From positions 3,054-67,053 of the forward strand of contig CAVFNI010000008.1 in assembly GCA_963624045.1 (NCBI GenBank): 64,000 nt of DNA, given 5' to 3'. The DNA comes from Bacteroidaceae bacterium. Lineage in GTDB: Bacteria > Bacillota_I > Bacilli_A > RFN20 > CAG-826. Under the pieces are notes generated by a model. It was not told where the DNA came from and searched no databases. It saw only the letters and a list, made by a program, of their open reading frames with translations. The position numbers were made by a program, and so were the translations under genes. Below are positions 18,355-27,358 of this stretch, in pieces; the stretch's first letter is position 1; every line of letters starts with the position of its first letter.

Positions 18355-19703
18355 ATCTGATTAACCTCCCCCGATAGCATATCCACATAATCATTGTTGT
18401 TGATGTCGATTGCCACGCCGTTCACCTTTATCGGATCCTCTCCAAGCATTATTCCATATCCTATGGCAGCGCTGCCGCCAAGAGGGCAATAGCCTTTTTG
18501 CAAATCTGTCAAGGCCAATAGCAATAGGCCGATGTGCGGATACAAATCGATGTCGTTGCCGATATCGGCGTTAATAGCGAAAGACAACGTGAATTCGCCG
18601 TCTTTATCGACGTATATCCTTTGAGTGAACAAATGGCCATCTAAACTAGAACCGGTGAATCTGTCGATCGAATTCCTGGTTGCGACGATGAAACGGCCGT
18701 TTTCTAGATATATTTCATCCGTTTTGATTTTGGATTGCGAAGCATTATTTCCGCTCACTTCCCCAAAAAGCGTATTCAAATCTAACGAGGATATCCCCAA
18801 TTCCTTCTTGATTCTCTCCATTTGATGGCGAATGGCTCCGATAATCGAAGTTCCTGGAATCACGGCTTCTAGTTTTCCGTTATTATCGCAACTAAGCTGC
18901 GTGAAATCGAAATCGTCCTTCAGGTTATCGGAATAGCTCCTAATCGATAACGGGGTGACGAGTTTTATTTTGCATTCGATCAAAGCCTTCCTTTTATCTA
19001 GGAAGTCGACGTCCTTGTATTCTATTTGTCTTAGGCTCTCATCGCTAAGGCTTAACCAATCCTTTAGGCTATCGCCGAAAAAATATCCTCCGGTTAAATT
19101 ATCGATTCCGACATTCCCAAAGCCCCTGCTTTTCTTAAATCCCAAAGACAGGAGATGCTTATCAAAGCCTTTGGCAATGATTTTGATTTGATGCTCAATT
19201 TCCTTTAGGTTCTCTTCCAAGGAATCCTCGGTCAGTTTTTCTCCTAAGTAATCATGGTATTTTTCCCTTATCGTGTATTCGACGACGAATCGGAAATTAG
19301 CGCCTTTTTGGATGATTTCGTAATCATATTTTGCGGTATTCTTAGGCGTTTTTTCGAAAATGCCGTTTTCGTCGTACCCTTTGATTGCAACGCCATCGCG
19401 CGACGATGTTTTGATTTTTGTTTTATCGCGAAAAACCCCATCGGAAACGCTAAACGGCGAAGAGAAAAAATCATTGCTCTCGACATCCAAGGAAAACAAA
19501 GAAACGTTCTTGCCGAAATATTCGTTGCAAAACGATCGGATAGGGCCGGCGATGGAAGTGCCGGGAATAAAAAGCTCGCCATCAACCGTCCTTAGCACAT
19601 CATGGTCGGTGTATTCGCTTTCGGAACCGCCAATAGAAAGCGGGGATTCAAGCCGCATGTCGAAGATGTATTTCCCTTTGGCTATTATTCTTTCGTGATT
19701 CAT
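18351..19703 (-). CDS. tandem Cas7 fusion (Cas7-2x)
   Basis: Two RAMP units in 450 aa. Unit 1 has LSIGGSESEYTDHDVLRTVDGELFIPGTSIAGPIRS and the G-loop KKSRGFGNVG. Unit 2 has LVTPLSIRS...LEAVIPGTSIIGAIRHQ and the G-loop PLGGSAAIGYG. Confidence 0.7.
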   Translation of the reverse strand: MNHERIIAKGKYIFDMRLESPLSIGGSESEYTDHDVLRTVDGELFIPGTSIAGPIRSFCNEYFGKNVSLFSLDVESNDFFSSPFSVSDGVFRDKTKIKTSSRDGVAIKGYDENGIFEKTPKNTAKYDYEIIQKGANFRFVVEYTIREKYHDYLGEKLTEDSLEENLKEIEHQIKIIAKGFDKHLLSLGFKKSRGFGNVGIDNLTGGYFFGDSLKDWLSLSDESLRQIEYKDVDFLDKRKALIECKIKLVTPLSIRSYSDNLKDDFDFTQLSCDNNGKLEAVIPGTSIIGAIRHQMERIKKELGISSLDLNTLFGEVSGNNASQSKIKTDEIYLENGRFIVATRNSIDRFTGSSLDGHLFTQRIYVDKDGEFTLSFAINADIGNDIDLYPHIGLLLLALTDLQKGYCPLGGSAAIGYGIMLGEDPIKVNGVAIDINNNDYVDMLSGEVNQI

Positions 19704-19723
19704 AGTTCTTAGACCTCCTTCCG

Positions 19724-21676
19724 CTATTCCTTCGCGCTTCTTTTTTCATATTTCATCAACGTAAGCAATGTGAAGAAATAAGGCATGAACGCCCCTTCCC
19801 GATCAAAAGGGAATTTCTCTTCGTACCTCCTTACGATTTCTTTAGCGCCACTTCTTTTCTTATCGTCGGTTATCCCATCTATGTTTTTGACAAAATCGCC
19901 ATAACTGTCCACTTGCCTTAGCATCAAGAGCATCCTAGAAAGCAAACCGGGATCAATCTTTATGGATTTAGGGAATTCCTCAATGGCTTCTTTTTTGGCT
20001 TTTAGACCAACATCGAAAGCCGATAGCGAAGGAGAGGTCGAACCGCTATCGAGGTTCCGTATCTCCAATTTGATAATGCCTTTCTTATCGATCGGCACGA
20101 TTCTTAGCCGACCGAATCCTTCGGCGTTTCTCTTACCGACGTAAAGAACGCTTGGTATCCTTTTGCCATCGCTAGACTTCAATAGCACATACGATTCGGG
20201 GGCAATGGCATAGACCGTTGGCTTCCTTTTTTTCCAAACCATATTGAAGCCGGAGACGAGCTTTCGGGAAAGGCTATAGCAAGCGTCCGCGACCCCTAAT
20301 CCGCCACATTCCTTATTCAATGCGCTCATGAATAGATCCAAGTCAAGATTATCAATCTCCCCATCGACGTTCTTATGATTTAAGATGATCGGCGTTTCGA
20401 CGCACGCCAAATAATAATTCGCTTGTCGCGCTAATTCGGCTTCCCCATTTATTTCCGTGTACCTTGATTTTTTGTCCCCGCAAATTTCTAGCGTTCCATA
20501 TTGGGCGGTTCGCGATTTCCCGATGTGCAGATAGGTAAGATTCTCCAATAACGTCTTTAGATAACGGCCGCTCCCTTCGAGCGAGAATTTGAAATATTGT
20601 CCGCTCGCTATGGCTTTGTATTGGAAGAAGTTGGCCTCCTTGACCAAGCCCTTACCCATTTCGCCTTTATCCCTTTGATGATGATAATTGATTCTGAAAT
20701 CGACATCCTTTAACTCCAATTTTCCGCCGTCTAAATCAAAAGAGCCAAATTTGGATTTCAATGATTTGAATTTGACTATTTCCTCGCCGCCGTTTTGGAT
20801 GGCCTCGTTCCTCGCTAAGGCCAACCTATACAAATCGGTGTTTTTTCCCCTTTGGATGCACGAGGGCAACGGATAATACAAACGCCCATCGGCATCGGAA
20901 ATAAACCCAAAGGAAAAACGAACCCCATCATTATAGAAAATATCCATGAATACGGGGTCTTTTGTCGGATCGGCACAATTGGCGTTCTTAATGTATTGAT
21001 AGGCGAAGAATCCATATAGCGACGAACCAGGGATGACGCTTCCCGATATCTCGCTATTGGCTTCTGGGAGCAAGATATCGTTTAAGGACTTACAAAGGAT
21101 GTCGTATCGATATGTCTTAGAATCCGCCAATCGGCTTAAATCAAGACTTGTTTGGTTTCTCATCCCGTTTTTCAATTCCAGTTTGACTTCGCCAAATCCT
21201 CTATTCCTGTTTAATCCAATATGGGTTACCAAACTCAGAACTTTTTCTAAAACTTGCGTATCGATGCGATTCGCATTTATTTCCAATTCAAAGCTAAATT
21301 TCGTCCCTCTTTTAACGACCATCAGTGTTCTTAAGGAACCTCCGGAAGTCGTCCCAGTGTCATCGTCGATACGAATTTGGGTGCGATAATATGTGGGATC
21401 GGAAGCGCCTTCCTTCTCGATTTTAGCATCGCCCACATACATCGCTTCCCTCTCACCGTCTTCTTCGCCGAAAATCCCCTCCGATTCATCTTTTTGCCCG
21501 GTTATATCGACATAATCAAGGTAAGCTTGTAACAAAACCCCTTTTATCCTTTTGGCAGGTATATAAGGTAAACCGTCCCCATCTAAACAAACGTCGGTGT
21601 CGATCATCCTTCCCTTGGTGGAGCCATTAGAGGAACATAAATCAGATATCAAATTGATAGTAACCACATAATTCAT
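19724..21676 (-). CDS. multi-RAMP fusion, Cas7-Cas5-Cas11-like
   Basis: 650 aa. The first RAMP has IDTDVCLDGDGLPYIPAKRIKGVLLQ and the G-loop NRNRGFGEV. The second RAMP has SGSVIPGSSLYGFF and the G-loop GKRNAEGFGRLRI. A helical C-terminal tail of about 100 aa could be a fused small subunit. Confidence 0.55.
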   Translation of the reverse strand: MNYVVTINLISDLCSSNGSTKGRMIDTDVCLDGDGLPYIPAKRIKGVLLQAYLDYVDITGQKDESEGIFGEEDGEREAMYVGDAKIEKEGASDPTYYRTQIRIDDDTGTTSGGSLRTLMVVKRGTKFSFELEINANRIDTQVLEKVLSLVTHIGLNRNRGFGEVKLELKNGMRNQTSLDLSRLADSKTYRYDILCKSLNDILLPEANSEISGSVIPGSSLYGFFAYQYIKNANCADPTKDPVFMDIFYNDGVRFSFGFISDADGRLYYPLPSCIQRGKNTDLYRLALARNEAIQNGGEEIVKFKSLKSKFGSFDLDGGKLELKDVDFRINYHHQRDKGEMGKGLVKEANFFQYKAIASGQYFKFSLEGSGRYLKTLLENLTYLHIGKSRTAQYGTLEICGDKKSRYTEINGEAELARQANYYLACVETPIILNHKNVDGEIDNLDLDLFMSALNKECGGLGVADACYSLSRKLVSGFNMVWKKRKPTVYAIAPESYVLLKSSDGKRIPSVLYVGKRNAEGFGRLRIVPIDKKGIIKLEIRNLDSGSTSPSLSAFDVGLKAKKEAIEEFPKSIKIDPGLLSRMLLMLRQVDSYGDFVKNIDGITDDKKRSGAKEIVRRYEEKFPFDREGAFMPYFFTLLTLMKYEKRSAKE

Positions 21677-21679
21677 AAA

Positions 21680-23167
21680 TTATCTCCTCTCTTTTGAGAT
21701 GGGCCCGATGAAATCGATTAACGTCGAAGCGTCGTAATACGAAGCCTTCTCGTCTATAAATGGATCGTCTAATGGTTTTTTAAGTCTCGATGATATCTTC
21801 TTAAACAACATTTTGACGGCGTCTTCGCCTTTTTCGTAGCCGTTCCTTATTTGTTTGGCTTTACCATAAGACATTTTATTCAATTCATCGTTAAGTTCTT
21901 CCAAGCGCGCGTATAACGTTTCGCAATCATCGCATGCACCGATGTTCCTGTTGACGATATATGGCTTGCAATAAAGCCGCTTAAAACGCCTTTCATCCTC
22001 ATCGACCGTGGTCATGATTCCATTTTGGCAAATGTAATAATCAAAGGCACATCTAGACTGGCCTCCATTGTTGTTTTTGATCGCTTTGGATTTGGCCTTC
22101 TTTTTGGCCGATTCGCACAATTCCTCGGCGATTTCATATCCTCGGTCATATGGAAAATGGGCTTTCACGAAAGCGATGCCGACGCATGCCGATATCCTGA
22201 TATCGTTATCAAAGAAACTGTCGTTATTTACCTTTTCTAAAAATCCTTTGACCAATTCTATGGCGTAATCCTTCGAAAAAATCAGCGTGATGTCGTCGCC
22301 TGAATTGACGATGATGCGATAACGAAGGCTGTTTTTCTCGTGGCCATTTACGAATTCCCTCAGATAATCCATGAACGAATCGTTGTATTTCGCTTTGATT
22401 TTGTTGGAAATTTCCCGTGATAAAGTGACTTTTTCCTCATAACTCGCATCGCTATTTTTGCTTTTGAAAAAATTGCTGATGGCAATTCCCAAATCATTGG
22501 CGTCAATATGAATGATGGCGATATAGCTATCCACGTTCTTTTCAACAAAATCGTCAATCATAATGGCGCCGAGCGCACCACCTGAATCCTCATCGTATTT
22601 ATCCAATTTTAGCCTCGATTCCCTGGTGATTTTCCTTTTGCCATCGGTCCTTGACTTTTCCGACAAAGGCAAACTGGATTCGCTAGATGTCATGACGATA
22701 GGGAGCGCGCCTTGCAGATTACAGGTGGACGCCCTCATTTTCAGATTGCTCATCAAATTATCCAAATCGACCCTGTCCTTTGAAAAATCATCGGTAACCT
22801 TCACGTAGGCGTAAGAAACCCGTAAAGAATATGTCTCTTTTAAAAATAGCAAGCCGATCTTGCGATTGAATTTTTTGACTTTTTCCTCATCGCCCTTTAA
22901 AAAGCAGGACAGATTGCCACCGCCCTCATATCCAATTTGGAAATCCAAATTTTCATCGAACTTAAACGCATCACGACTGATGTTCTCAAATTCTTTTTCA
23001 ATGTTCTGCCTTAGTTTTAATTCATCGTCGCAGCACGCCTCAATCAAAAACCTCTTCAAGCAATCCCTAACCAAATTCGATGCACCGACGATTTCTTTTA
23101 TCTTCGAAGAACCATAGATGTATTTTTGAATTTGCCTTATCTCGTACTTTATTAAAAATCTTTGCAT
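21680..23167 (-). CDS. cas10: Cas10-like polymerase/cyclase subunit lacking an HD domain
   Basis: 495 aa. The sequence opens almost directly with the Cas10 palm-entry motif IRQIQKYIYGSSKIKEIVGASNLV, so there is no room for an N-terminal HD domain. It has the metal-binding IIHIDANDLG and the GGDD-equivalent VNSGDDITLIF. Confidence 0.7.
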   Translation of the reverse strand: MQRFLIKYEIRQIQKYIYGSSKIKEIVGASNLVRDCLKRFLIEACCDDELKLRQNIEKEFENISRDAFKFDENLDFQIGYEGGGNLSCFLKGDEEKVKKFNRKIGLLFLKETYSLRVSYAYVKVTDDFSKDRVDLDNLMSNLKMRASTCNLQGALPIVMTSSESSLPLSEKSRTDGKRKITRESRLKLDKYDEDSGGALGAIMIDDFVEKNVDSYIAIIHIDANDLGIAISNFFKSKNSDASYEEKVTLSREISNKIKAKYNDSFMDYLREFVNGHEKNSLRYRIIVNSGDDITLIFSKDYAIELVKGFLEKVNNDSFFDNDIRISACVGIAFVKAHFPYDRGYEIAEELCESAKKKAKSKAIKNNNGGQSRCAFDYYICQNGIMTTVDEDERRFKRLYCKPYIVNRNIGACDDCETLYARLEELNDELNKMSYGKAKQIRNGYEKGEDAVKMLFKKISSRLKKPLDDPFIDEKASYYDASTLIDFIGPISKERR

Positions 23168-23440
23168 AACTTTTGCTCCTCAAGCGTCTATTGATGGAAA
23201 ACCCATTTTTATTGTAAAGATACCCGCATTTTTTGACAATCAAAAACGTCCCGATAACGATTAAGCGATTGAACGGATTGAAAGCCATCCACATCGGTTA
23301 TATTTCGCTAAGAAATGCTGGCAGAGGCCTTATTTTCGCCCCTCCTTACGACCTAACCTAATATGTGAGGATCGGTAACAGCGTCAAGTTAATTTGTTAT
23401 GTCTATATCGTTTTATTCATTAGAAAGGTCGCCTTAGACG

Positions 23441-23728
23441 CTACCGCTTAAGAGATAGAACATTAATTAAAGGATAGACTAGACCGCTTAAATCCTCGTC
23501 GCAAAATTGGTCTGCTGCTAGAAAACCATTCATCGATGCCTTGCATAAAGGAAAGGACGATTCTTTATCTGCCTGCGAGTATCGCAGTCGCAAATAAGAG
23601 GGCGGCTTATCCGTCTTGTTAGTAAATTCCAAAACATCGACCAAACGCAAAACCTTCTCTAAAGTCTCGCTTCGAAAGCCGTTTTCCTTGGCTAAAGATG
23701 CTATTTCGCGCTTTCGGTAATTAAACAT
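23441..23728 (-). pseudogene. N-terminal fragment of an AbiEii/AbiGii-type nucleotidyltransferase toxin
   Basis: The first 40 or so residues (REIASLAKENGFRSETLEKVLRLVDVLEF) resemble the conserved N-terminus of AbiEii-family toxins. The remainder does not, and the ORF is only 95 aa. The family call is from memory. Confidence 0.35.
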
Positions 23729-23895
23729 CCATCACTCTTTTTTGTATACTCCTCAATAACTTTATAGATGTAAATCTTCCGTTTGCGTCATATTTTAATC
23801 CATCGCTAGAAAACCAAGCCAAAATGAAACAATATGAGCAAACATACAGTAAAATGATGTTAAGAAGGCTTTTTACCAAAGCGGAAAGGATGTTT

Positions 23896-24459
23896 ATGAA
23901 ACCGATCGTTGCCGTCATAGGAGATGCGCTCATCGATAAGGACGATGAGGAATATGAATTAGGGATAGAGGTCGGTAAGGCCTTAGTCAATGCCGGATAC
24001 CGCGTGCAAACGGGCGGATTGGGCGGGATCATGGAGGCTACGCTTAAAGGCGCTAAGGAATCCTTAAAATACGAATTCGGCGACACTATCGCCATCTTGC
24101 CTGGGAAAGATATCTCCGAAGCAAACGAATACGCCGATATTAAAGTGGCCACCGGCCTTGACCTTATGAGGGCAAAGCAAGTCGTCGACGCCTATGCCGT
24201 CATCGCCATTGGCGGCGGAGCTGGCACTTTGGCGGAAATCGCCACCGCTTGGTCAATGTATAAATTGATCGTCGCCTGGAATAAGAGAGGTTGGTCGAAG
24301 AAATTAGCCAACAGCAGAGTCGACGGAAGATGCCGCTATGAGGAATTAGTGGATGACAAAGTGTATTCCTTCGAAACCGCCGATGAAGCGATAAGGCTCA
24401 TAGACGAAATGGGCGATAAATACCAAAAAGAATATCACGGGATAAAGCGAAGAAAATAA
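23896..24459 (+). CDS. TIGR00725/LOG-superfamily Rossmann-fold protein
   Basis: Contains PIVAVIGD, QTGGLGGIMEATLKGA and IAIGGGAGTLAEI, which are typical of LOG/SLOG-like nucleotide-binding proteins. The start was trimmed to the ATG at 23896, 8 nt after GGAAAGGA. Confidence 0.6.
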   Translation: MKPIVAVIGDALIDKDDEEYELGIEVGKALVNAGYRVQTGGLGGIMEATLKGAKESLKYEFGDTIAILPGKDISEANEYADIKVATGLDLMRAKQVVDAYAVIAIGGGAGTLAEIATAWSMYKLIVAWNKRGWSKKLANSRVDGRCRYEELVDDKVYSFETADEAIRLIDEMGDKYQKEYHGIKRRK

Positions 24460-24581
24460 AGGGACTTCCTAAAAAACGAACCCTTTTCAATATTTAGGGT
24501 CCACTCGCGAGTCGGCCATAACACGATAAAAATCCATGACGTTTTAAGCCATGGATATAAAATCGAATGGAATAACGGATG

Positions 24582-24959
24582 TCAATCGCCCTTATGCAAG
24601 ATAAGAGGGATATGCGAATGGATGAGGAGAAGGGTCAGCTCCTCTAAATCGAAGCTATTACCAGGCAATATATACCCTTCCTTCTCACCATCCTCTCGCT
24701 CCATGATGGCGATGCTTTTGTCGACGAAGGATAGATGGTACAAGAAGGGCGTGGCGTCGGAGGTATCCTCCGCCAAGAGAATGCCGTCGAAAGACAAATC
24801 GACGTAAATATCCTCCTTGACGCGATAGACCCTCGCTTTAAGGTGAGAGGATTTAACGCCATGTAAGGGATAGCTAAAAGGGTATCCTTCGAAGGTAAGG
24901 TCGGTATCATAACGAAGGGGGGCGCCGCTTTTGAGGGCGCTTTTGACGATCTTGATCAT
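24582..24959 (-). CDS. hypothetical protein co-transcribed with pheST
   Basis: 125-aa ORF with an ATGA overlap at the pheT stop. No motif recognised. Confidence 0.5.
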   Translation of the reverse strand: MIKIVKSALKSGAPLRYDTDLTFEGYPFSYPLHGVKSSHLKARVYRVKEDIYVDLSFDGILLAEDTSDATPFLYHLSFVDKSIAIMEREDGEKEGYILPGNSFDLEELTLLLIHSHIPLILHKGD

Positions 24960-27349
24960 CCCCTTATCTCCGCTAGGAAGAGGGCCTTTAAAGCGTTCGT
25001 GACCTTCTCCATCACTTCGATGGCTTCCTTCTCTTCGAGGGTGCCTTCCTCCTTTCGGAGGGTCAAATGGAGGGCCATCGATTTCTTGTCGTTAGCGATC
25101 CTCTCCCCTTCGTATAAATCGAAGATGCTTACCTTCTCGATCCGCTTATCGAGGCGAAGAAGGGCGCTACGAATGCTTTCATAACTTTCCTTCTTGTCGC
25201 AAAGGAAGGCGATATCGCGATTTACGGCCGGATAACGCGGCGGCAAGATGGCTTTATCGGGCGAGCTCCTTAAGGAAAGAAGCGCTCCCAAATCGACCTC
25301 CATAATAAGCAACGGCGTTTTAAGGAAACCCATCTTCTCTTTATATGAAGGATGCAATTCCCCATAGATGGCCACGGGATTCTTGCCAAGCAAGAGACGT
25401 TCGGAGCGATAGGGATGATATTCCTCCCCCGTCGAGGTGTCATGCTTAAAACGGTTGGGCGATAATTTTAGGAGGGAGAGGATACCTTCGAGATAGCCTT
25501 TAAGATCATAGAAGGAAAACGGCCGCTTATATAATTCGCCTTGCTCGAGGCTATCGCCCGCCAAGAGGATGGCCAGGCGCTTGCCTTGATAGCTTATAGC
25601 ATCCACATCGCTTATCTCAAAGAGTCCGAAATCCTTCGTTTGGCGCGAGAGGTTATAAGAGGCGACCTCTAGCAAAGACGGCAAAAGGGAGGTGCGAAGG
25701 TATTTATGCTCCTCAGTAAGGGGGTTCTTGATCGCATAATGCTCATATTTGCCGATTCCTTCGAAGGAAGCGATTTGCTTGGCATTTTGTAGGCTATAGG
25801 TCAAAGTCTCGTTCAAGGAGGAATCACGAAGGAAGTTACGGATGCTTCTAATGGCCTTTTGCTCATCGCTAAGGCCGCTAGAGGAACTTAATGAAAGGAT
25901 GGGCAAACGGGCGATGACTTTCTCATAGCCAAGCAAGCGGATAACCTCTTCCGCTAGATCCTCCTTCCCTTTGATATCCATCCGACGTTTGGGAGGATAG
26001 GCGAGGAAGGCGTCCCCTTCTAGGGCTTTGATTTCGATATGGTCGCGGCGAAGGGTTTTGACGACCGTTTCCGTATCGAAGGAGGTTCCTAACCTCTTAT
26101 TGATATAGGAAGAGCTAGCCTCGATGGCGATTTCCTGATGCGGATATTCGTCATAAGGGGCAACTACTTCAATAGATGAAGGTGAAGCCTCTTTCTCGAT
26201 GAGATCGATGATGGCGGCTAGAGCCTCCTCTTGGATTTCTGGCGAGACGCCCTTAACGAAACGGGTGCTGCTATCGCTGCTTAGCCCCAAACGGTTGGAG
26301 GTTCTTCTGATGGCGGCGCCATCGAAGAGGGCGCATTCGATGAAGACGTCCTTTGTCTTATCGCTTACCGACGCCTCGTTGGAGGTCATAATGCCAGCTA
26401 GGCAAAGAGGAACGCCCTCGCTAGCGATTAGCACGTCGCCTTTTTTGATCTCGTAATGCTTCTCGTCGAGGGAGAGGAAATCCCCTTCGTAATCGTCGAT
26501 GGCCGTTAATTCGTGGCCTTTGAGGGAGGAGAGATCATACATATTGACTGGCTCACCCGTTAAAAGCATCACGTAATTGCCGATGTCGACGATGTTATTG
26601 ATCGAGCGGACGCCTAAGCTAAGCAAGGCCTCCTTAAGCCATTTGGGCGATTCTTTGATTTGCACGCCTTTGGCCACCGCCCCATGAAAAATCGGGCATT
26701 TGGCGGTTTTGCTATTGACTTTATAGGAACTAGAGGGCGAAGGAAGAGAGGCAAAAGCCTCCTTCTTGACGGGGATATCGAGGATGGCGCTAAGCTCATA
26801 AGCCAAGGAAAGGACGCTAAGCAAATCGCCGCGGTTAGCGAGAAGCTCGATTTCATAAACGGTGTCGTCAAGCCCGAGATACCTTAGGACATTCTCCTCG
26901 CCCACGGGGGCGTCGACGGGAAGTTCCTCGATCCCCGATATTTGCTTGTCGCTAAGGTATTTGCGCTCGACGCCAAGCTCCAACAAGGAACAACACATGC
27001 CATCGCTATCGACGCCGCGGATTTGGCTTTTGACGATAGTGACGTTAGGAAGAACGGCCCCTTCCCTAGCGACGATGACCCTTAGCCCCTCGCGGGCGTT
27101 AGGGGCGCCGCAGACGATCTGATGGACGCCATATTTCTCGCCTTCGTCGACTTCCAAGACGTGAAGGTGATCGCTATTAGGATGCTCCTTGCAAGACATT
27201 ATCTTTCCGATGACGAGATTGCTCCCGCTTGCTAAGGGGGCGAAGGAATCGACTTCCAAACCCGCGAAGGTAAGTTTCGAGGCGATCTCCTCGGGGGTGA
27301 AGGCGGATAAATCTAGATATTGGCTAAGCCATTTCAAAGACGCTTTCAT
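24956..27349 (-). CDS. pheT: phenylalanine--tRNA ligase beta subunit
   Basis: 797 aa with the N-terminal MKASLKWLSQYLDL, tRNA-binding, B3/4 and B5 layout. It lies directly downstream of pheS. Confidence 0.95.
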   Translation of the reverse strand: MKASLKWLSQYLDLSAFTPEEIASKLTFAGLEVDSFAPLASGSNLVIGKIMSCKEHPNSDHLHVLEVDEGEKYGVHQIVCGAPNAREGLRVIVAREGAVLPNVTIVKSQIRGVDSDGMCCSLLELGVERKYLSDKQISGIEELPVDAPVGEENVLRYLGLDDTVYEIELLANRGDLLSVLSLAYELSAILDIPVKKEAFASLPSPSSSYKVNSKTAKCPIFHGAVAKGVQIKESPKWLKEALLSLGVRSINNIVDIGNYVMLLTGEPVNMYDLSSLKGHELTAIDDYEGDFLSLDEKHYEIKKGDVLIASEGVPLCLAGIMTSNEASVSDKTKDVFIECALFDGAAIRRTSNRLGLSSDSSTRFVKGVSPEIQEEALAAIIDLIEKEASPSSIEVVAPYDEYPHQEIAIEASSSYINKRLGTSFDTETVVKTLRRDHIEIKALEGDAFLAYPPKRRMDIKGKEDLAEEVIRLLGYEKVIARLPILSLSSSSGLSDEQKAIRSIRNFLRDSSLNETLTYSLQNAKQIASFEGIGKYEHYAIKNPLTEEHKYLRTSLLPSLLEVASYNLSRQTKDFGLFEISDVDAISYQGKRLAILLAGDSLEQGELYKRPFSFYDLKGYLEGILSLLKLSPNRFKHDTSTGEEYHPYRSERLLLGKNPVAIYGELHPSYKEKMGFLKTPLLIMEVDLGALLSLRSSPDKAILPPRYPAVNRDIAFLCDKKESYESIRSALLRLDKRIEKVSIFDLYEGERIANDKKSMALHLTLRKEEGTLEEKEAIEVMEKVTNALKALFLAEIRG

Positions 27350-27358
27350 AATTGCTCC

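Noticed and set aside
23721-24152. 143-aa minus-strand ORF
   Set aside because: It is antisense to the LOG-like gene, which has clear family motifs. Its product is low-complexity and rich in Ser and Pro.
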